This document shows positions 32,452 to 43,749 of a DNA stretch of 64,000 nt, piece by piece; position 1 is the first letter of the stretch, and each line of letters opens with the position of its first letter. The notes under the pieces are model-generated. The model worked only from the letters and a program-made list of their open reading frames with translations. It did no database searches and was not told the DNA's origin. The DNA lies in IMG/VR virus record IMGVR_UViG_3300033153_007973, positions 62,001 through 126,000 of that record; one strand, written 5' to 3'. Both the position numbers and the translations under genes were made by a program.

Positions 32452-34893
32452 ATGCCAACACAAGATCTTTACCCAAATGTCAATAGTGTTGTTAGTAACA
32501 TTATTGAACAAGATGTTGTTCGCGAGCCTGCGCCTGTTAGTCCTGATGCGATTCTCGTTATTGGGACTGCGACAAAAGGTCCGCTTTATCAACCAATTCG
32601 TATCAATGATGCGAATATCACAGAGCTCTTCGGTGCTTCACCAAATGATCTGTATGGACAGACTTCGCTCGTAAAAGGATACAAGGAAATGGTGGGTTCC
32701 ATGGGAACCACAACCGACATCGTAGCAATTCGGGTCGGAAACGCCACCAAAGCATCCGTATCTCTCTATGAACATAGAGAGATAACAAGCGGAGATCTTC
32801 AATACACAGGGGATACTGTTGCCCTGACGATCGATGCATTAACCGAAGGAGAAGAAGGAAATAGTGTCGAGGCCAGAGTGCGTTCAGCCACACCTGATGG
32901 CGAAACGCCACCTAGTCCTGACTATCCTACTCAACTCGATATCACAACACCAGAGGGAACCTCAGTATTTCCTCTATCAGTAATGGGCGTTGGTGGTTAT
33001 GCTCGAGTGAGTGAACTAGCTGCGGCTATCAATGCAGATACATTGGTGTCTGCATACGTTCAAGCTACATCAAATGTTCTTCAGCAAACAGAAATAGTGG
33101 ACATCGTGTCCGGATCAGTCTCTGGTCATATTGAAACTCGGTATGACATGCAGTCTGTAAGTGGAAGTTATGGCGATAAGATGCTCGAGATCACTGAAGC
33201 ATATACACAAGATCAGTTTGAAGATACTGATAGTGTACTAGCAGGCGTGATCACAGCAACTCTCGAAAATACTCCCATGAAAGATGCGGATGAGAATACC
33301 GAGACAATCGATGAGTTCTGGAGAAAGCCTATCAATGAGGTTCTTATTGGACCCGTTCTGTTCGCAGATGTAGGAACAACTGCTCTTCCTCTGGATGCAG
33401 CTGGCGACTCTTTCTGGGTTGCTGGTGAGATCGAGAGTCTCGTCGTAACAAAAACCGATGGAAATGGAACAGTTACAACTCTAACATTGACGACTGATTA
33501 TACTGTGAATGTAAATACCGGCATAGTCACTCTCGTTGGTGTAGGAGCACAACTGAACGAAACCTACAAAGCAACATACGAATACCAAGCAACTTATGTT
33601 GAAGCAAATGTGCGCTCTGCATTGCAGAGTGGAAATCAGTACAGCTACTTTGTTGGTGGAGACACTATTCTCTTCGGTGCAACTCAGTCTTATTCTCTGA
33701 CTTTGAAGTACCAGGCAAAGAACAACTTCCAGGTACCGCGGGATATTGCCGTAGATGATGATGATGATGGGATTATTCAGTTTAGAAATCCCGATAACGA
33801 ACCGTCTGTTGGTGATTCTGTGTCCGTAACATTCTTATACGAACCAGAACTCCCAGCAAGAGCCGGTAGTTCTCTCGCATCTGGAAGGTTCCAAGCATCA
33901 AGTCTTACTGGTGGATCAGATGGTCGTCGGCTCAGTGGAGCTGAGTACTATTCTGAACTAGCCAAGGGCTATCTTGCGGCCGACAACATTCCTATACGGC
34001 ATGTTGTACCACAAGGTGTTTATCTCGATGATGTACTTGATGGTATCGATTACGAGACTGGCCTACCATCAGAAAGAAATGCTGGATACCATTCTCAGCT
34101 TTCTCTATTCCTAAGACGGAAGAGTCAATATGTATCAGAATGCGAAGGATATATCAGTACACAACCGCTGATTCCTTCGTCTGCTACGAACAATCCTACT
34201 CTTACGGAAAAGGAAGCTTGGTATAATGCGCTCGTAACAGTAAGCGCAACAGAAACAACCAGAGCAGCAAATGTGATGGCTACATTTGATGATTATCATG
34301 TCACTGTTTTGACTGGATCAGCAACACTCCTCACTGCTGGTATATATGGAAACCGTCCGTATGTTGATGGGTTCGCAAACATATATGCAGCTATGAGATT
34401 CCATCACAACAATCTTGACTCGATGATCAACAAGCGTGTCCCTACGAATGTAATCCAGGACATGATTTACCCAGTTCTGGCCATGGATAGGGTCAACGAG
34501 ATCAATGCTGCTCGTTACACAATGATCACACGACATTCGCAAGATGGTTCGATCATCGTTGCGGATGCACCGACCGCGGCACGTGCTTCTTCTCAGTTCA
34601 ATAGACAGTACAATGTCGCGATCGTATTCGAAGCTGTAAATGCTGTCAGGTCAGTGCTTGATCAGTTCATCGGGAAACCGAATAAGAACGCGGTCAGGCA
34701 GTCAATGGAGACAACCGCTAAGATGGTTCTCCGTGAAATGACACCTGATAAACTCCTGAGCTTTGATGTTAAAGTGATCGCAGATCGGAATGATGCAATC
34801 AGCGGTAAAACGCGCGTCAAACTGATTCTGCTCACAGCAAATGAGATCAGGAAGATCGAAATCGAAACCAGAATGCAGCTCGGTTTCGAATAA
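32452..34893 (+). CDS. tail sheath protein
   Basis: LVIGTATKGPLYQPIRI, LTGGSDG, FIGKPN, EIRKIEI. Confidence 0.92.
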   Translation: MPTQDLYPNVNSVVSNIIEQDVVREPAPVSPDAILVIGTATKGPLYQPIRINDANITELFGASPNDLYGQTSLVKGYKEMVGSMGTTTDIVAIRVGNATKASVSLYEHREITSGDLQYTGDTVALTIDALTEGEEGNSVEARVRSATPDGETPPSPDYPTQLDITTPEGTSVFPLSVMGVGGYARVSELAAAINADTLVSAYVQATSNVLQQTEIVDIVSGSVSGHIETRYDMQSVSGSYGDKMLEITEAYTQDQFEDTDSVLAGVITATLENTPMKDADENTETIDEFWRKPINEVLIGPVLFADVGTTALPLDAAGDSFWVAGEIESLVVTKTDGNGTVTTLTLTTDYTVNVNTGIVTLVGVGAQLNETYKATYEYQATYVEANVRSALQSGNQYSYFVGGDTILFGATQSYSLTLKYQAKNNFQVPRDIAVDDDDDGIIQFRNPDNEPSVGDSVSVTFLYEPELPARAGSSLASGRFQASSLTGGSDGRRLSGAEYYSELAKGYLAADNIPIRHVVPQGVYLDDVLDGIDYETGLPSERNAGYHSQLSLFLRRKSQYVSECEGYISTQPLIPSSATNNPTLTEKEAWYNALVTVSATETTRAANVMATFDDYHVTVLTGSATLLTAGIYGNRPYVDGFANIYAAMRFHHNNLDSMINKRVPTNVIQDMIYPVLAMDRVNEINAARYTMITRHSQDGSIIVADAPTAARASSQFNRQYNVAIVFEAVNAVRSVLDQFIGKPNKNAVRQSMETTAKMVLREMTPDKLLSFDVKVIADRNDAISGKTRVKLILLTANEIRKIEIETRMQLGFE

Positions 34894-34952
34894 TAGATAC
34901 TCTTAGAGTAGATAGGTACAGAATACAGTAACTACTGTTCGGAGGAACAGAT

Positions 34953-35684
34953 ATGGGAACAAACACACAAGCGTATTCGAGTTTCTCTGGGATTGACATC
35001 ATCGCAGCGGTAGGAAGCACGGTGATTGGCACCCTCCAGGGGATCTCGTACTCGGTGACCCGTGAAAAGGCACCCGTATACACGTTTGGCTCGGCGAATG
35101 CTAGAAGCTTCTCCAGAGGCAAGCGTGGTCTCGCTGGTTCCATGATCTTCACGCTCTTCGATCGCTCAGCTCTCTATCAAATCATGAGAGCTGACAGTGG
35201 TGAATTCGACTATTACGCACACGAGTTCGAGCAATATACACTCGACTCGAACACCAACGTTTGGGATTGGGCGGCTGATGCAAGTCAACAGATCGCTGAT
35301 GCAGGTGGTGTAAACACGGTACAACGTCATGCAGAATTTGCTGACCAGATTATGCCGTTCAACATCACACTGATTGCTCAGAACGAATATGGTCTTGCAG
35401 CATGGATGGCCATCCTCGGGCTGGAAATCCTCAACGAAGGTGGCGGTCTATCAGTCGATGATATCACAAATGAAGAGCAGATGACGTACGTTGCTAGGTC
35501 AAAGACTGCTTGGGTACCTTGGGTACCAGACGATAGCGCCGATGCCACAACAGGGAATTTCCTTAACAGCTTGAGTGGAAGCATTCAAGGCGAAACTTCC
35601 ATTAAGACAATTGGGGCAGAAGGTGTTCTTGGTCAGTACAAGGCCTGGTTGAATGTACAATCACCCGGCGAAACTGAAGGATAA
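34953..35684 (+). CDS. tail tube protein
   Basis: SFSGIDI..GTLQGISYSVTREKAPVYTFG..RGKRGLAGSMIF; follows sheath. Confidence 0.85.
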   Translation: MGTNTQAYSSFSGIDIIAAVGSTVIGTLQGISYSVTREKAPVYTFGSANARSFSRGKRGLAGSMIFTLFDRSALYQIMRADSGEFDYYAHEFEQYTLDSNTNVWDWAADASQQIADAGGVNTVQRHAEFADQIMPFNITLIAQNEYGLAAWMAILGLEILNEGGGLSVDDITNEEQMTYVARSKTAWVPWVPDDSADATTGNFLNSLSGSIQGETSIKTIGAEGVLGQYKAWLNVQSPGETEG

Positions 35685-35700
35685 TATGTAAGGACGAGGA

Positions 35701-35732
35701 ACAGGGGAGGCATCGCCTCCCCTGTATCTTCA
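35701..35732 (+). terminator. probable terminator hairpin
   Basis: ACAGGGGAGGC/GCCTCCCCTGT, weak U tract. Confidence 0.6.
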
Positions 35733-35749
35733 TTATGATATGAGATGCA

Positions 35750-36976
35750 ATGCCTAAAGTCCAATACAGTGTCCATAGTTTACACAATCAATACCTCGTT
35801 CAAGAGAACGAGTATAATATTCTTATGCGCGATGATGTATTCAAAAGCATCGTAAAGCGCACTCTAAATACAAATAGATTCGATCTTGTTTCCGGCCTAA
35901 ATACAACAATCACAGCACGAATCAATGATGCACTTGGAAAATCTGATATCAATAGTCAACTTGATGCTCTTTTTGCAATACATCTAGATAACGTAACAAG
36001 TGATGCATCAAGAACCATAATGTCCAATAACTTTCGGAATGTGGAGATAGTTCTTAATGACCGAGAAATATCATCACTGGATTCACAGACATTACTTCTA
36101 CTGGGATATACTGGACTAAGTCTAGAAGCTCAGTTACAAGTCCCTCCATCTGCAGTATTCCAAAATAATGTCAACGTCAATCATGGTGGCCAGGTACCAA
36201 CTTATACTGGTTCTGATATGCAGGTATTTGCAATTACCCCGCATACATTCTCACTGATTCCAACCATGAAAGTGCTTTCTTATTCCACACATGTAGATAA
36301 AACATTTGTTAGAGTATTAGGGAGATCCATACCTAAGGGACATTCAGATGGATTTAGGACAATAGCTGGTTCTATGATTCATACCATCAGTGTAAATGAC
36401 CCACTAATGCCACTTCATCCAGAATGGATTAATGGTGACATTAGTACTGTTCATAATATTCAGGATCTCTGGAGAGCTGTTCTAGCAACAGATCAGTTAC
36501 CATCATTTGATCTTCTTATCTTCTTTACAAATGAGGTAGGATTCGCATCAACTATGGCCATCTTTGGTATCCAGATCCCGGATACAGGACAGACAATCTC
36601 TATGTCTGATTCAGAAATTGAGATTAGTTATACATATACTGCGCTCGACATAGATATTATGCGTGGAACACAGTATCGAAAGAACTCAGTTGGTATAGGC
36701 AAGAACAAACAGGACATCTATACACTTGATATCATTGGCATGAATGAATATCTAGCCAGACGAAATAGAATCTTAAATGGCTATTCTCTACATACATCAC
36801 CATTCGAAGCACCAGCACTCTGGGCAAAGATGAATGCAATCTATGAGGAAGTAGACTTTGCAGTTTCTTCTCGCCAAGCTAAAGACAAAGCCAATCTTAG
36901 TCCATTTTCAGGTAAACAGGAAACAGCAAAGTACACAAGAAAAGAAGTAGAACGACTTAAAGGACTGATTAAATAA
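35750..36976 (+). CDS. tube-fold paralog (tube initiator/hub)
   Basis: TYTGSD..LSYSTH..VRVLG..RTIAGSMI..DQLPSFD aligns by eye with the tube protein. Confidence 0.75.
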   Translation: MPKVQYSVHSLHNQYLVQENEYNILMRDDVFKSIVKRTLNTNRFDLVSGLNTTITARINDALGKSDINSQLDALFAIHLDNVTSDASRTIMSNNFRNVEIVLNDREISSLDSQTLLLLGYTGLSLEAQLQVPPSAVFQNNVNVNHGGQVPTYTGSDMQVFAITPHTFSLIPTMKVLSYSTHVDKTFVRVLGRSIPKGHSDGFRTIAGSMIHTISVNDPLMPLHPEWINGDISTVHNIQDLWRAVLATDQLPSFDLLIFFTNEVGFASTMAIFGIQIPDTGQTISMSDSEIEISYTYTALDIDIMRGTQYRKNSVGIGKNKQDIYTLDIIGMNEYLARRNRILNGYSLHTSPFEAPALWAKMNAIYEEVDFAVSSRQAKDKANLSPFSGKQETAKYTRKEVERLKGLIK

Positions 36977-37890
36977 TGAAGAATATATCAGAATATTATG
37001 AGGGACAGCAGCAGTATTATACTGGTGCAAATGTTTCTATCTTCATTGATAATATATATCTAGATGAAGTAACTATGATCAGTTGGAGAGGGGTTAGAGG
37101 TGATACTCCTCTCTATTCATATAATGAAGAACACTTTAACTCCCTTGCAAAAGGCGTATACCGAGTAGAAGGCAAGTTCTCTATCAATTATGTAACTACT
37201 GGATATCTGGAATATATTATAGCTAAAGCAGCAAATCATCCTGCCAATCCACACGGTGAAGCGGCTGAGGATGTTACTGGTGCGGTTCCAGTTGGTCGAT
37301 TTGACTATCAGGTTGAGAAGTTTAAGAGGTCTGAGAATAGAATCAGAGAAGGAGATATTATTAATGACAAGTATGTCTTTGATAAATTCAAAGCGGGCGT
37401 ACAAGTCGGCACTATAGAAGAAGTTAGGAATTCACTTAGAAACTATCTCTGGGGAAACAAAACTGAAAAGATTAAGAGTCTTGGTAAGAATGTTGGTAGT
37501 GTATTATCGGATCACTATTTCAATATTCTAGTAATCTATGGAAATCCTAATAGTGATTCATACACAATGCATAACATTATTAATGCTAAGATTATTGATG
37601 TTAGCCAACAGTCTGCAGCGGATGGAACTCCTATACAGGAAGTATATACATTTCTAGCACAAGACATGGACAGACCACTATTCACAGACCATGCTATTGA
37701 GCATCCATTAGCTGGTGGATATGCCGAGAAACCAAAGATCTCTCCACAAGCAATGCTCGGATATCTGAAAGTGTTAGTAGAGAAGTTTGCGGACCAGAAT
37801 ATCCTTGCTCCAATATTGGATGGTTCTACTAGAAGTAACTTCTTAAAAGTAACTCATAAACAAATGTTTGATACTGGGGATCTAACATAG
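36976..37890 (+). CDS. tube-fold paralog (baseplate hub)
   Basis: YYTGANVSIFID..PLYSY..KG..RVEGKFSINY..YTFLAQD. Confidence 0.65.
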   Translation: MKNISEYYEGQQQYYTGANVSIFIDNIYLDEVTMISWRGVRGDTPLYSYNEEHFNSLAKGVYRVEGKFSINYVTTGYLEYIIAKAANHPANPHGEAAEDVTGAVPVGRFDYQVEKFKRSENRIREGDIINDKYVFDKFKAGVQVGTIEEVRNSLRNYLWGNKTEKIKSLGKNVGSVLSDHYFNILVIYGNPNSDSYTMHNIINAKIIDVSQQSAADGTPIQEVYTFLAQDMDRPLFTDHAIEHPLAGGYAEKPKISPQAMLGYLKVLVEKFADQNILAPILDGSTRSNFLKVTHKQMFDTGDLT

Positions 37891-40800
37891 TGGCTGAGAA
37901 AACACAACCACCAGCATTTCAGGTAATGAAGAGTGGACTGAGAGTAGTATCTCCACGATATATAACTGGGGACCTGCAGTTTCTCATGGTTAATTATATT
38001 ATTGGTCAATATAACTTCATCACATTTAGTCTGAACTATCCAGAATATTATAAGTCCCTTAATACAATGGTACAGTCACTATTTGATGAAGTTGCTGCTG
38101 ATGGGTATCGTCTTGTTGAAGGACAAACGACCGAACAAGGCAAACTATTGCCATCTATATATGAAGTTCCAATCCAATGGAACAATATAAAGAATTATGG
38201 ATATCTCACAAGTGCTGTCCGAACAGCACTAGATGCTGTTGCGGATACACCAACAGATGATACATTTGGCAACAACAGTATTATTAATCTTGGTGACACT
38301 CTTCTTGATGAGTCTGCTGAAGGAATTACAGCAAAACTAGATGGTCCTGTTAATACATGGATGTTTCAGAGTCCAAATCATCCTTCGGAGAGAGTGGATT
38401 TCCGTACTGTAAATGAGGCACGGAGAACCACATTTGGATTAACAGAAGATCAAATCAAGTATACTGATATCTTCAATCCTAACGTTCCAGAACAAAGATA
38501 TCCTGAATTTCAGGATGGAAATCTTAAAGCAACTATTGAACTTGAGTCTCATAATGGGATGGAATTCACACTTGATACTGATAACTACATGAAAGAAACG
38601 GAGAACAGTGTTTTATCTACAGTATATCCTGATCTTCGCGGATACGGACGTGGTTCATTTGATGTAACCGCAGATGAACTCCCATTAAATGTTGAGTCTC
38701 AGTTTAATACACTCGAATACACCACAGCGTATAGTATATTTAAAACAGGAGTATATTATCGAGTAATGAGATATACGATTGATGTATCATGGAAGGAAAA
38801 GGAAGCAGATGCCAAGGATGGAATACACGGAGGAGCAATAAAACAACTTTATGATATCCTTCTTGGTACCTCAGATTATGAAGGCGCAATAATAACAACG
38901 AAAATAAGAGATGATCTAGATCGAGCAAAGTCACCGATCATACCAGTCAGTGCAACGATTACAGGACTAACTACCGATGGTAAGTCACTAAGCATACATC
39001 CTTCAAATATGTTTATAACATATACCGAAAGCACTGCGACAGAAATACACATTGGCGCAGATACCAAAGACTTTCAGGTTCAGCTTCTTGTTGTTGTAGA
39101 AGAACAACAAGACATGGGAATGGCCACCAACTCAATTCTAAGAGTAAGACTAACACCATTGGAACAAACAAGAGATCTTTTAAGATATTGTGACCTATAT
39201 GGATCTCAGCTCGTAAATTCTTCATTCTGGGATATTAATGGTACAACTATCAACGCACGAAATACCGAATGGAAAGCCATATTAGAGAAGATCATTGATA
39301 CAAAACCCACTCTTGGAAGAATACTAGTTAAGGATAAGGTTAATCCAACTCAAAGAATATTCGCCATTACGGGATGTTCTTCTAGTCGTGCTGATGATCT
39401 CATAGAGTTTAAAGGAGAAACCATCGGTGATGAAACAGATACACTATCTCCATTAGATGCAAAATCACCATCTCCAGAAACTATGGAAGATAAGATCAGA
39501 AAGGTTGTTGGTAGAATCCAGGGAGATGTAGATACTCTATGGAAACTAGAACTTGATAGTGTTGCTAAACTAGTAACTGATTACATTATCGATCCAACAT
39601 TGGAAGAAGATGGTCGCAATCCTAAAGGCATGGGAACGCTGAATGTTGTCATAGATAGCGAACATGCAATCATTGCTGAAGTTCAGAAATGGCTCGCATG
39701 CAAATCAGCTCTCGATTCTTTAACATTAAGTGGTGATATATCTCATGAAGTTAAGCAATTATTTTATCCGAATATTACAATAATCAATAAACAGAGAGAA
39801 GATACTAATAAGATAGCATATACCACGGATGAGTATAACACAATAGTTGATGCATTGCAAATCACTAAAGCTATGCTCAAGACTAAGATGGATGACATTA
39901 TTGTACTCATAAAGGGAATACAAAATACTCTAGATATCACAATGGGCGGCGGTGGGCAGCTTGTTCAGACACTAAAAACAATTGAAGCTTTTCCAAAGAC
40001 AGAAACCGCGAAAAGTCAGTTAAAATCTCTAGATCTTTCAGATAGTGTGATCTCTGATCTTTCTAAGCGTCTCAATGAAATGAAAATTAGAATTGATGAT
40101 GAGGTCCTCAAACCCGCTAGAAAATTTAGTCTCGCTGTAACAGAGTTTACATTCTCTACTAGTGCATTATCTGGTCCAAACCCAGAAGCAACATACCAAG
40201 AGAAATATGATATGTTGATACAGCTGCTAGAGCCATTCCCTGTTAAACACATTGATAACTGGATTTATAATGATTATCTCAATATGGGAGATGATAGCAA
40301 AATGAAGGGAGATGTTCAGGGTATAAAACATGATCTTCTCTATGCTATTATTAAAAAAGAAACACTCAATGATAGTGATCTGACTGCCAGTGTCTATAGA
40401 AAGCTGCGGCAGACACTAGCTGGAGACACAGCAGTCGAAGATAGTAAGTTCGTTATTACAGATAAGTGGCTAACAGACGGCACTGCCGGAGATATCATCG
40501 CACTCAGTGATGATTATCCTCTATGTAGACAATGTATGCGATTAGATGAATCTAGTTTCGAAACTGCTGAACCAGTTGTTGATCGCGGTTGGTTTATGGA
40601 TATGGGAATCATTGCGAATACTGACTCCATAAGCAATAATGCAATGAATCCAATACATAGAAATCAGATCTTTGGTATTATAAGAGCATGGAAGGCATCA
40701 GATAGTAATCCCAATGTAGCTATTCCAGGTGCTGATGCTGAGTCTCTAGCGCGAAACCTTCATACACATACTAAGACAGGAATAACACTTCGATCAGATG

Positions 40801-42365
40801 AGAGCGCAGTATTTCCAATGCTTCCTCTATCTAGTATGCTCTTTGGTGAAAGACAGAAATGGATAGATGCAAATAACCAGGCTGAAACTAAAATATATCC
40901 ACTTGTTCCAGACACACTTGTTCCAGATAGAGCTGGATTTGATAAGTGGCTAAATAGACTATATGGACAAGAAGTCAAAACTGCATGGCACAGAATTTCA
41001 TCCAGTGAAGAAGCAACTCTATCTGCGTTGGATGATAAAGAAGTCGTTTTTATAAATCCATCCAGGGAAGTGAAATACATACTTGAAGGTGGATCTGAGA
41101 ATACAATTTCTATAGCATCTCGTCAATTTCTATGTCTTATACGAATCCCTGATCATCGCCCGGAGGGATCCGCTCCAGTTCTCCGATTCCTAGTATTTCC
41201 ATTAGAGAATAAGATTGCGGAATCTGATATTGATGATCTAGAGAAATTACGATTTAGTCCGACGCTCGATTACTTTGATCCAAAGTATGGAGATCGAAAT
41301 GAGTTAGTGAATAAGATCACATTTAGTACATTCAGTCTTACATCTACACATGAAAGTCAGATGGTGTTTCGGCCCCATTATAATCGGATTGAGAATGCTC
41401 AGTGTACATATGCATTGGAGGAACTCAGTGATGCTGAAACACAATTACCACAACAAGAACCAGAGAAACAAACAGCAGAACTGATCATAACAGACTACTG
41501 GATACTCTCATATACTGCTCTGCGGGCAATCAGTGATAAGTTTATGCCACCATATAAATTTGTATCACAACCTCTTATTGATTTTAGCGATGAGTCATAT
41601 ATTTCAGTGAATGTCATTGCACCTTCTCCATTATGGAGAGATACATTCATACCCGTAACCAGGAAAGAATCAACTACAGATATTGCTGATCAATCAATAA
41701 CTCAGAATCTTGCTACTATGTCAAATCTGGCACAGACATCCACAGGTGCACCACAGGCAACATGGGATGGAACCCTTTTCTCGTTTGATGAGATAGATGA
41801 TCCTGATTCAAGTGAAACAAATATAACTTCTCCATCTCACATGTATACTGTTGTCACAAAGGACGAAAAGGGATTTAGTTTCCTACAGACTCTTGTGAAT
41901 AACAATCCATTAATCATTCCAAAGAAAGTTTCTGGTGATCCATATGTGCCACCTGCGGTAGGATCAATTGATGCATGGAACGGTAATACCACCAAGTTCG
42001 AAATAGAGATGAAATCTAGTGACACCTCCAAGTATGATCCTGGAGGAGACATCATGTTATTTGTTGATAGTAAATATGCATCATATCTAGACAATCTGCC
42101 ATCTATTATCTCCAATGGAAAATGTACTATCAGAATGGACTTTAATCATATGGTAGTACAGATAGATACCCAGCATGATACGTTGACAATGCTCCAAACT
42201 ACTCGTATAATACTAGCAAAGCTATTACTTGGAATAATGAAAGATAAGCTTGATAGCATTATTGATGAAGGACACACAGGATTAACACTTTCCTACTTTG
42301 TTACTGATGCTCCAGATACAGAGCAACAGTGGATCGATATAACCGTTCAGATGGAACGTATATAA
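37890..42365 (+). CDS. large acidic putative virion protein
   Basis: 1491-aa ORF in tail module; no motif recognised. Confidence 0.7.
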   Translation: MAEKTQPPAFQVMKSGLRVVSPRYITGDLQFLMVNYIIGQYNFITFSLNYPEYYKSLNTMVQSLFDEVAADGYRLVEGQTTEQGKLLPSIYEVPIQWNNIKNYGYLTSAVRTALDAVADTPTDDTFGNNSIINLGDTLLDESAEGITAKLDGPVNTWMFQSPNHPSERVDFRTVNEARRTTFGLTEDQIKYTDIFNPNVPEQRYPEFQDGNLKATIELESHNGMEFTLDTDNYMKETENSVLSTVYPDLRGYGRGSFDVTADELPLNVESQFNTLEYTTAYSIFKTGVYYRVMRYTIDVSWKEKEADAKDGIHGGAIKQLYDILLGTSDYEGAIITTKIRDDLDRAKSPIIPVSATITGLTTDGKSLSIHPSNMFITYTESTATEIHIGADTKDFQVQLLVVVEEQQDMGMATNSILRVRLTPLEQTRDLLRYCDLYGSQLVNSSFWDINGTTINARNTEWKAILEKIIDTKPTLGRILVKDKVNPTQRIFAITGCSSSRADDLIEFKGETIGDETDTLSPLDAKSPSPETMEDKIRKVVGRIQGDVDTLWKLELDSVAKLVTDYIIDPTLEEDGRNPKGMGTLNVVIDSEHAIIAEVQKWLACKSALDSLTLSGDISHEVKQLFYPNITIINKQREDTNKIAYTTDEYNTIVDALQITKAMLKTKMDDIIVLIKGIQNTLDITMGGGGQLVQTLKTIEAFPKTETAKSQLKSLDLSDSVISDLSKRLNEMKIRIDDEVLKPARKFSLAVTEFTFSTSALSGPNPEATYQEKYDMLIQLLEPFPVKHIDNWIYNDYLNMGDDSKMKGDVQGIKHDLLYAIIKKETLNDSDLTASVYRKLRQTLAGDTAVEDSKFVITDKWLTDGTAGDIIALSDDYPLCRQCMRLDESSFETAEPVVDRGWFMDMGIIANTDSISNNAMNPIHRNQIFGIIRAWKASDSNPNVAIPGADAESLARNLHTHTKTGITLRSDESAVFPMLPLSSMLFGERQKWIDANNQAETKIYPLVPDTLVPDRAGFDKWLNRLYGQEVKTAWHRISSSEEATLSALDDKEVVFINPSREVKYILEGGSENTISIASRQFLCLIRIPDHRPEGSAPVLRFLVFPLENKIAESDIDDLEKLRFSPTLDYFDPKYGDRNELVNKITFSTFSLTSTHESQMVFRPHYNRIENAQCTYALEELSDAETQLPQQEPEKQTAELIITDYWILSYTALRAISDKFMPPYKFVSQPLIDFSDESYISVNVIAPSPLWRDTFIPVTRKESTTDIADQSITQNLATMSNLAQTSTGAPQATWDGTLFSFDEIDDPDSSETNITSPSHMYTVVTKDEKGFSFLQTLVNNNPLIIPKKVSGDPYVPPAVGSIDAWNGNTTKFEIEMKSSDTSKYDPGGDIMLFVDSKYASYLDNLPSIISNGKCTIRMDFNHMVVQIDTQHDTLTMLQTTRIILAKLLLGIMKDKLDSIIDEGHTGLTLSYFVTDAPDTEQQWIDITVQMERI
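42183..42211 (+). promoter_or_regulatory. intragenic sigma70-type promoter
   Basis: TTGACA-17-TATAAT about 170 nt upstream of the chaperone gene. Confidence 0.7.
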
Positions 42366-42383
42366 AACAAAAAGGAGATAGAG

Positions 42384-42818
42384 ATGCCAGATGAAAATGC
42401 AATACCAAGCGTAGCTCCAAAACCAGAGGATGATATAATCGGACCAGAAAATGAGGTCCAGAAGGTTGATCAGAGAAAGATCGAGGAATGGAAAGCACAA
42501 TACACCACGATCTTCGCTGCATATCATCTTGGTGAACCATACGTTTACAGACTGTTCAACTATAAAGAATACAAACTCATCAAAGCAAATCTCGCCAAAC
42601 ACTATCAGGAAACACAAACCCCCATTACCGTTGAACAAGAGATGGAAGCGATCTTAAAGCATTGTGTCCTATGTCCAGAAGACTTTGCTGCAAAACTAGA
42701 CGAAGGTGATATCCCGGGTGGACTCCCTTCCGTTATGTACGAAAGTATTATGCAGGCATCTGGATTTAGTGAGCTTTATCCTGATATCATCACAAATAAA
42801 CAACCTTCCACAATATAA
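42384..42818 (+). CDS. putative tail assembly chaperone
   Basis: WKAQY..YVYR..EY..CVLCP..G.PS....IM..SGF; position before tape measure. Confidence 0.65.
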   Translation: MPDENAIPSVAPKPEDDIIGPENEVQKVDQRKIEEWKAQYTTIFAAYHLGEPYVYRLFNYKEYKLIKANLAKHYQETQTPITVEQEMEAILKHCVLCPEDFAAKLDEGDIPGGLPSVMYESIMQASGFSELYPDIITNKQPSTI

Positions 42819-42828
42819 CGGAGGGTAA

Positions 42829-43749
42829 ATGATAGACAAACAGAAACTAGACAAGTGGAGACGCAGATACGGCATAATCTCCGCATTGTCCACTAAGAAC
42901 GGGGATGAATATGTCCTCCGCGGTCTTCAGTTTGAGGAGATGCATAGATGGTCTTCCTTTATTACCGTATCTAAAGGTACTTCAGATACGTATGATATTG
43001 ATGATCAGATTATCGAAGATGTCCTTTCTGCATGTATCCTTCATCCTGAAGAACCAAACATATCTCTAATCATGGAAAAAGCAGGGCTTGTTGTCGAAAT
43101 GTGTAACCGCATTATGAGTGTAACACAATTCGAGAACATGGACTTTCTGATTAATTGTTATATAGATAAACTTAGATCAGCCAATATGGTATATGGAGTC
43201 ATCCGTATGCGATTGGTTGCTCTCTACGGAGTAGCAGTTCTAGAAAAGCTCAGAGATCTAAAGGCAGAAGAAATTATCGAGCTTTTAGTATATGGTGAAT
43301 ACTCCACAGAGAGTATCGGACAGTTCTCTGAGATTATTAACAAGCCAGAGATCCTTCCTAGAGATAGAAAGGGCAAGATCATAGAGAAAGAGATGATGAA
43401 TCTTCTCTTTGGAAAGGACAAACCAAACACTCCTGCACAGAACAAAAGGGAGAAGACACCACATAAACCAAAGACAATCGATGATCTTCAATCGATGATG
43501 GATAAATCACAACAAGCAAATAGAGGACCATCTGAAGAAGAGCTTCAAACAATGGATAGTAAGACACATGCACAGATGAAGAAAGACGGAAAGATACCAG
43601 ATTTCCAACAAGAAGTTAAGGGATCAATGAATGATGCAACATCAGCACTTCAGAAGAAGATTGAAGAAGATAAAGCCAAGTTTGGCACAGGTGCTGCGGA
43701 CAGAACGGGTGGATTTAGAGGAAACATACAGGATCTAATTAATAAATAA
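42829..43749 (+). CDS. putative tail assembly chaperone paralog with C-terminal extension
   Basis: N-terminal ~105 aa resemble the preceding ORF. Confidence 0.6.
   Translation: MIDKQKLDKWRRRYGIISALSTKNGDEYVLRGLQFEEMHRWSSFITVSKGTSDTYDIDDQIIEDVLSACILHPEEPNISLIMEKAGLVVEMCNRIMSVTQFENMDFLINCYIDKLRSANMVYGVIRMRLVALYGVAVLEKLRDLKAEEIIELLVYGEYSTESIGQFSEIINKPEILPRDRKGKIIEKEMMNLLFGKDKPNTPAQNKREKTPHKPKTIDDLQSMMDKSQQANRGPSEEELQTMDSKTHAQMKKDGKIPDFQQEVKGSMNDATSALQKKIEEDKAKFGTGAADRTGGFRGNIQDLINK

Noticed and set aside
42780-42830. Programmed -1 frameshift between tail chaperones
   Set aside because: No convincing slippery heptamer; the second gene has its own SD and repeats the first domain.
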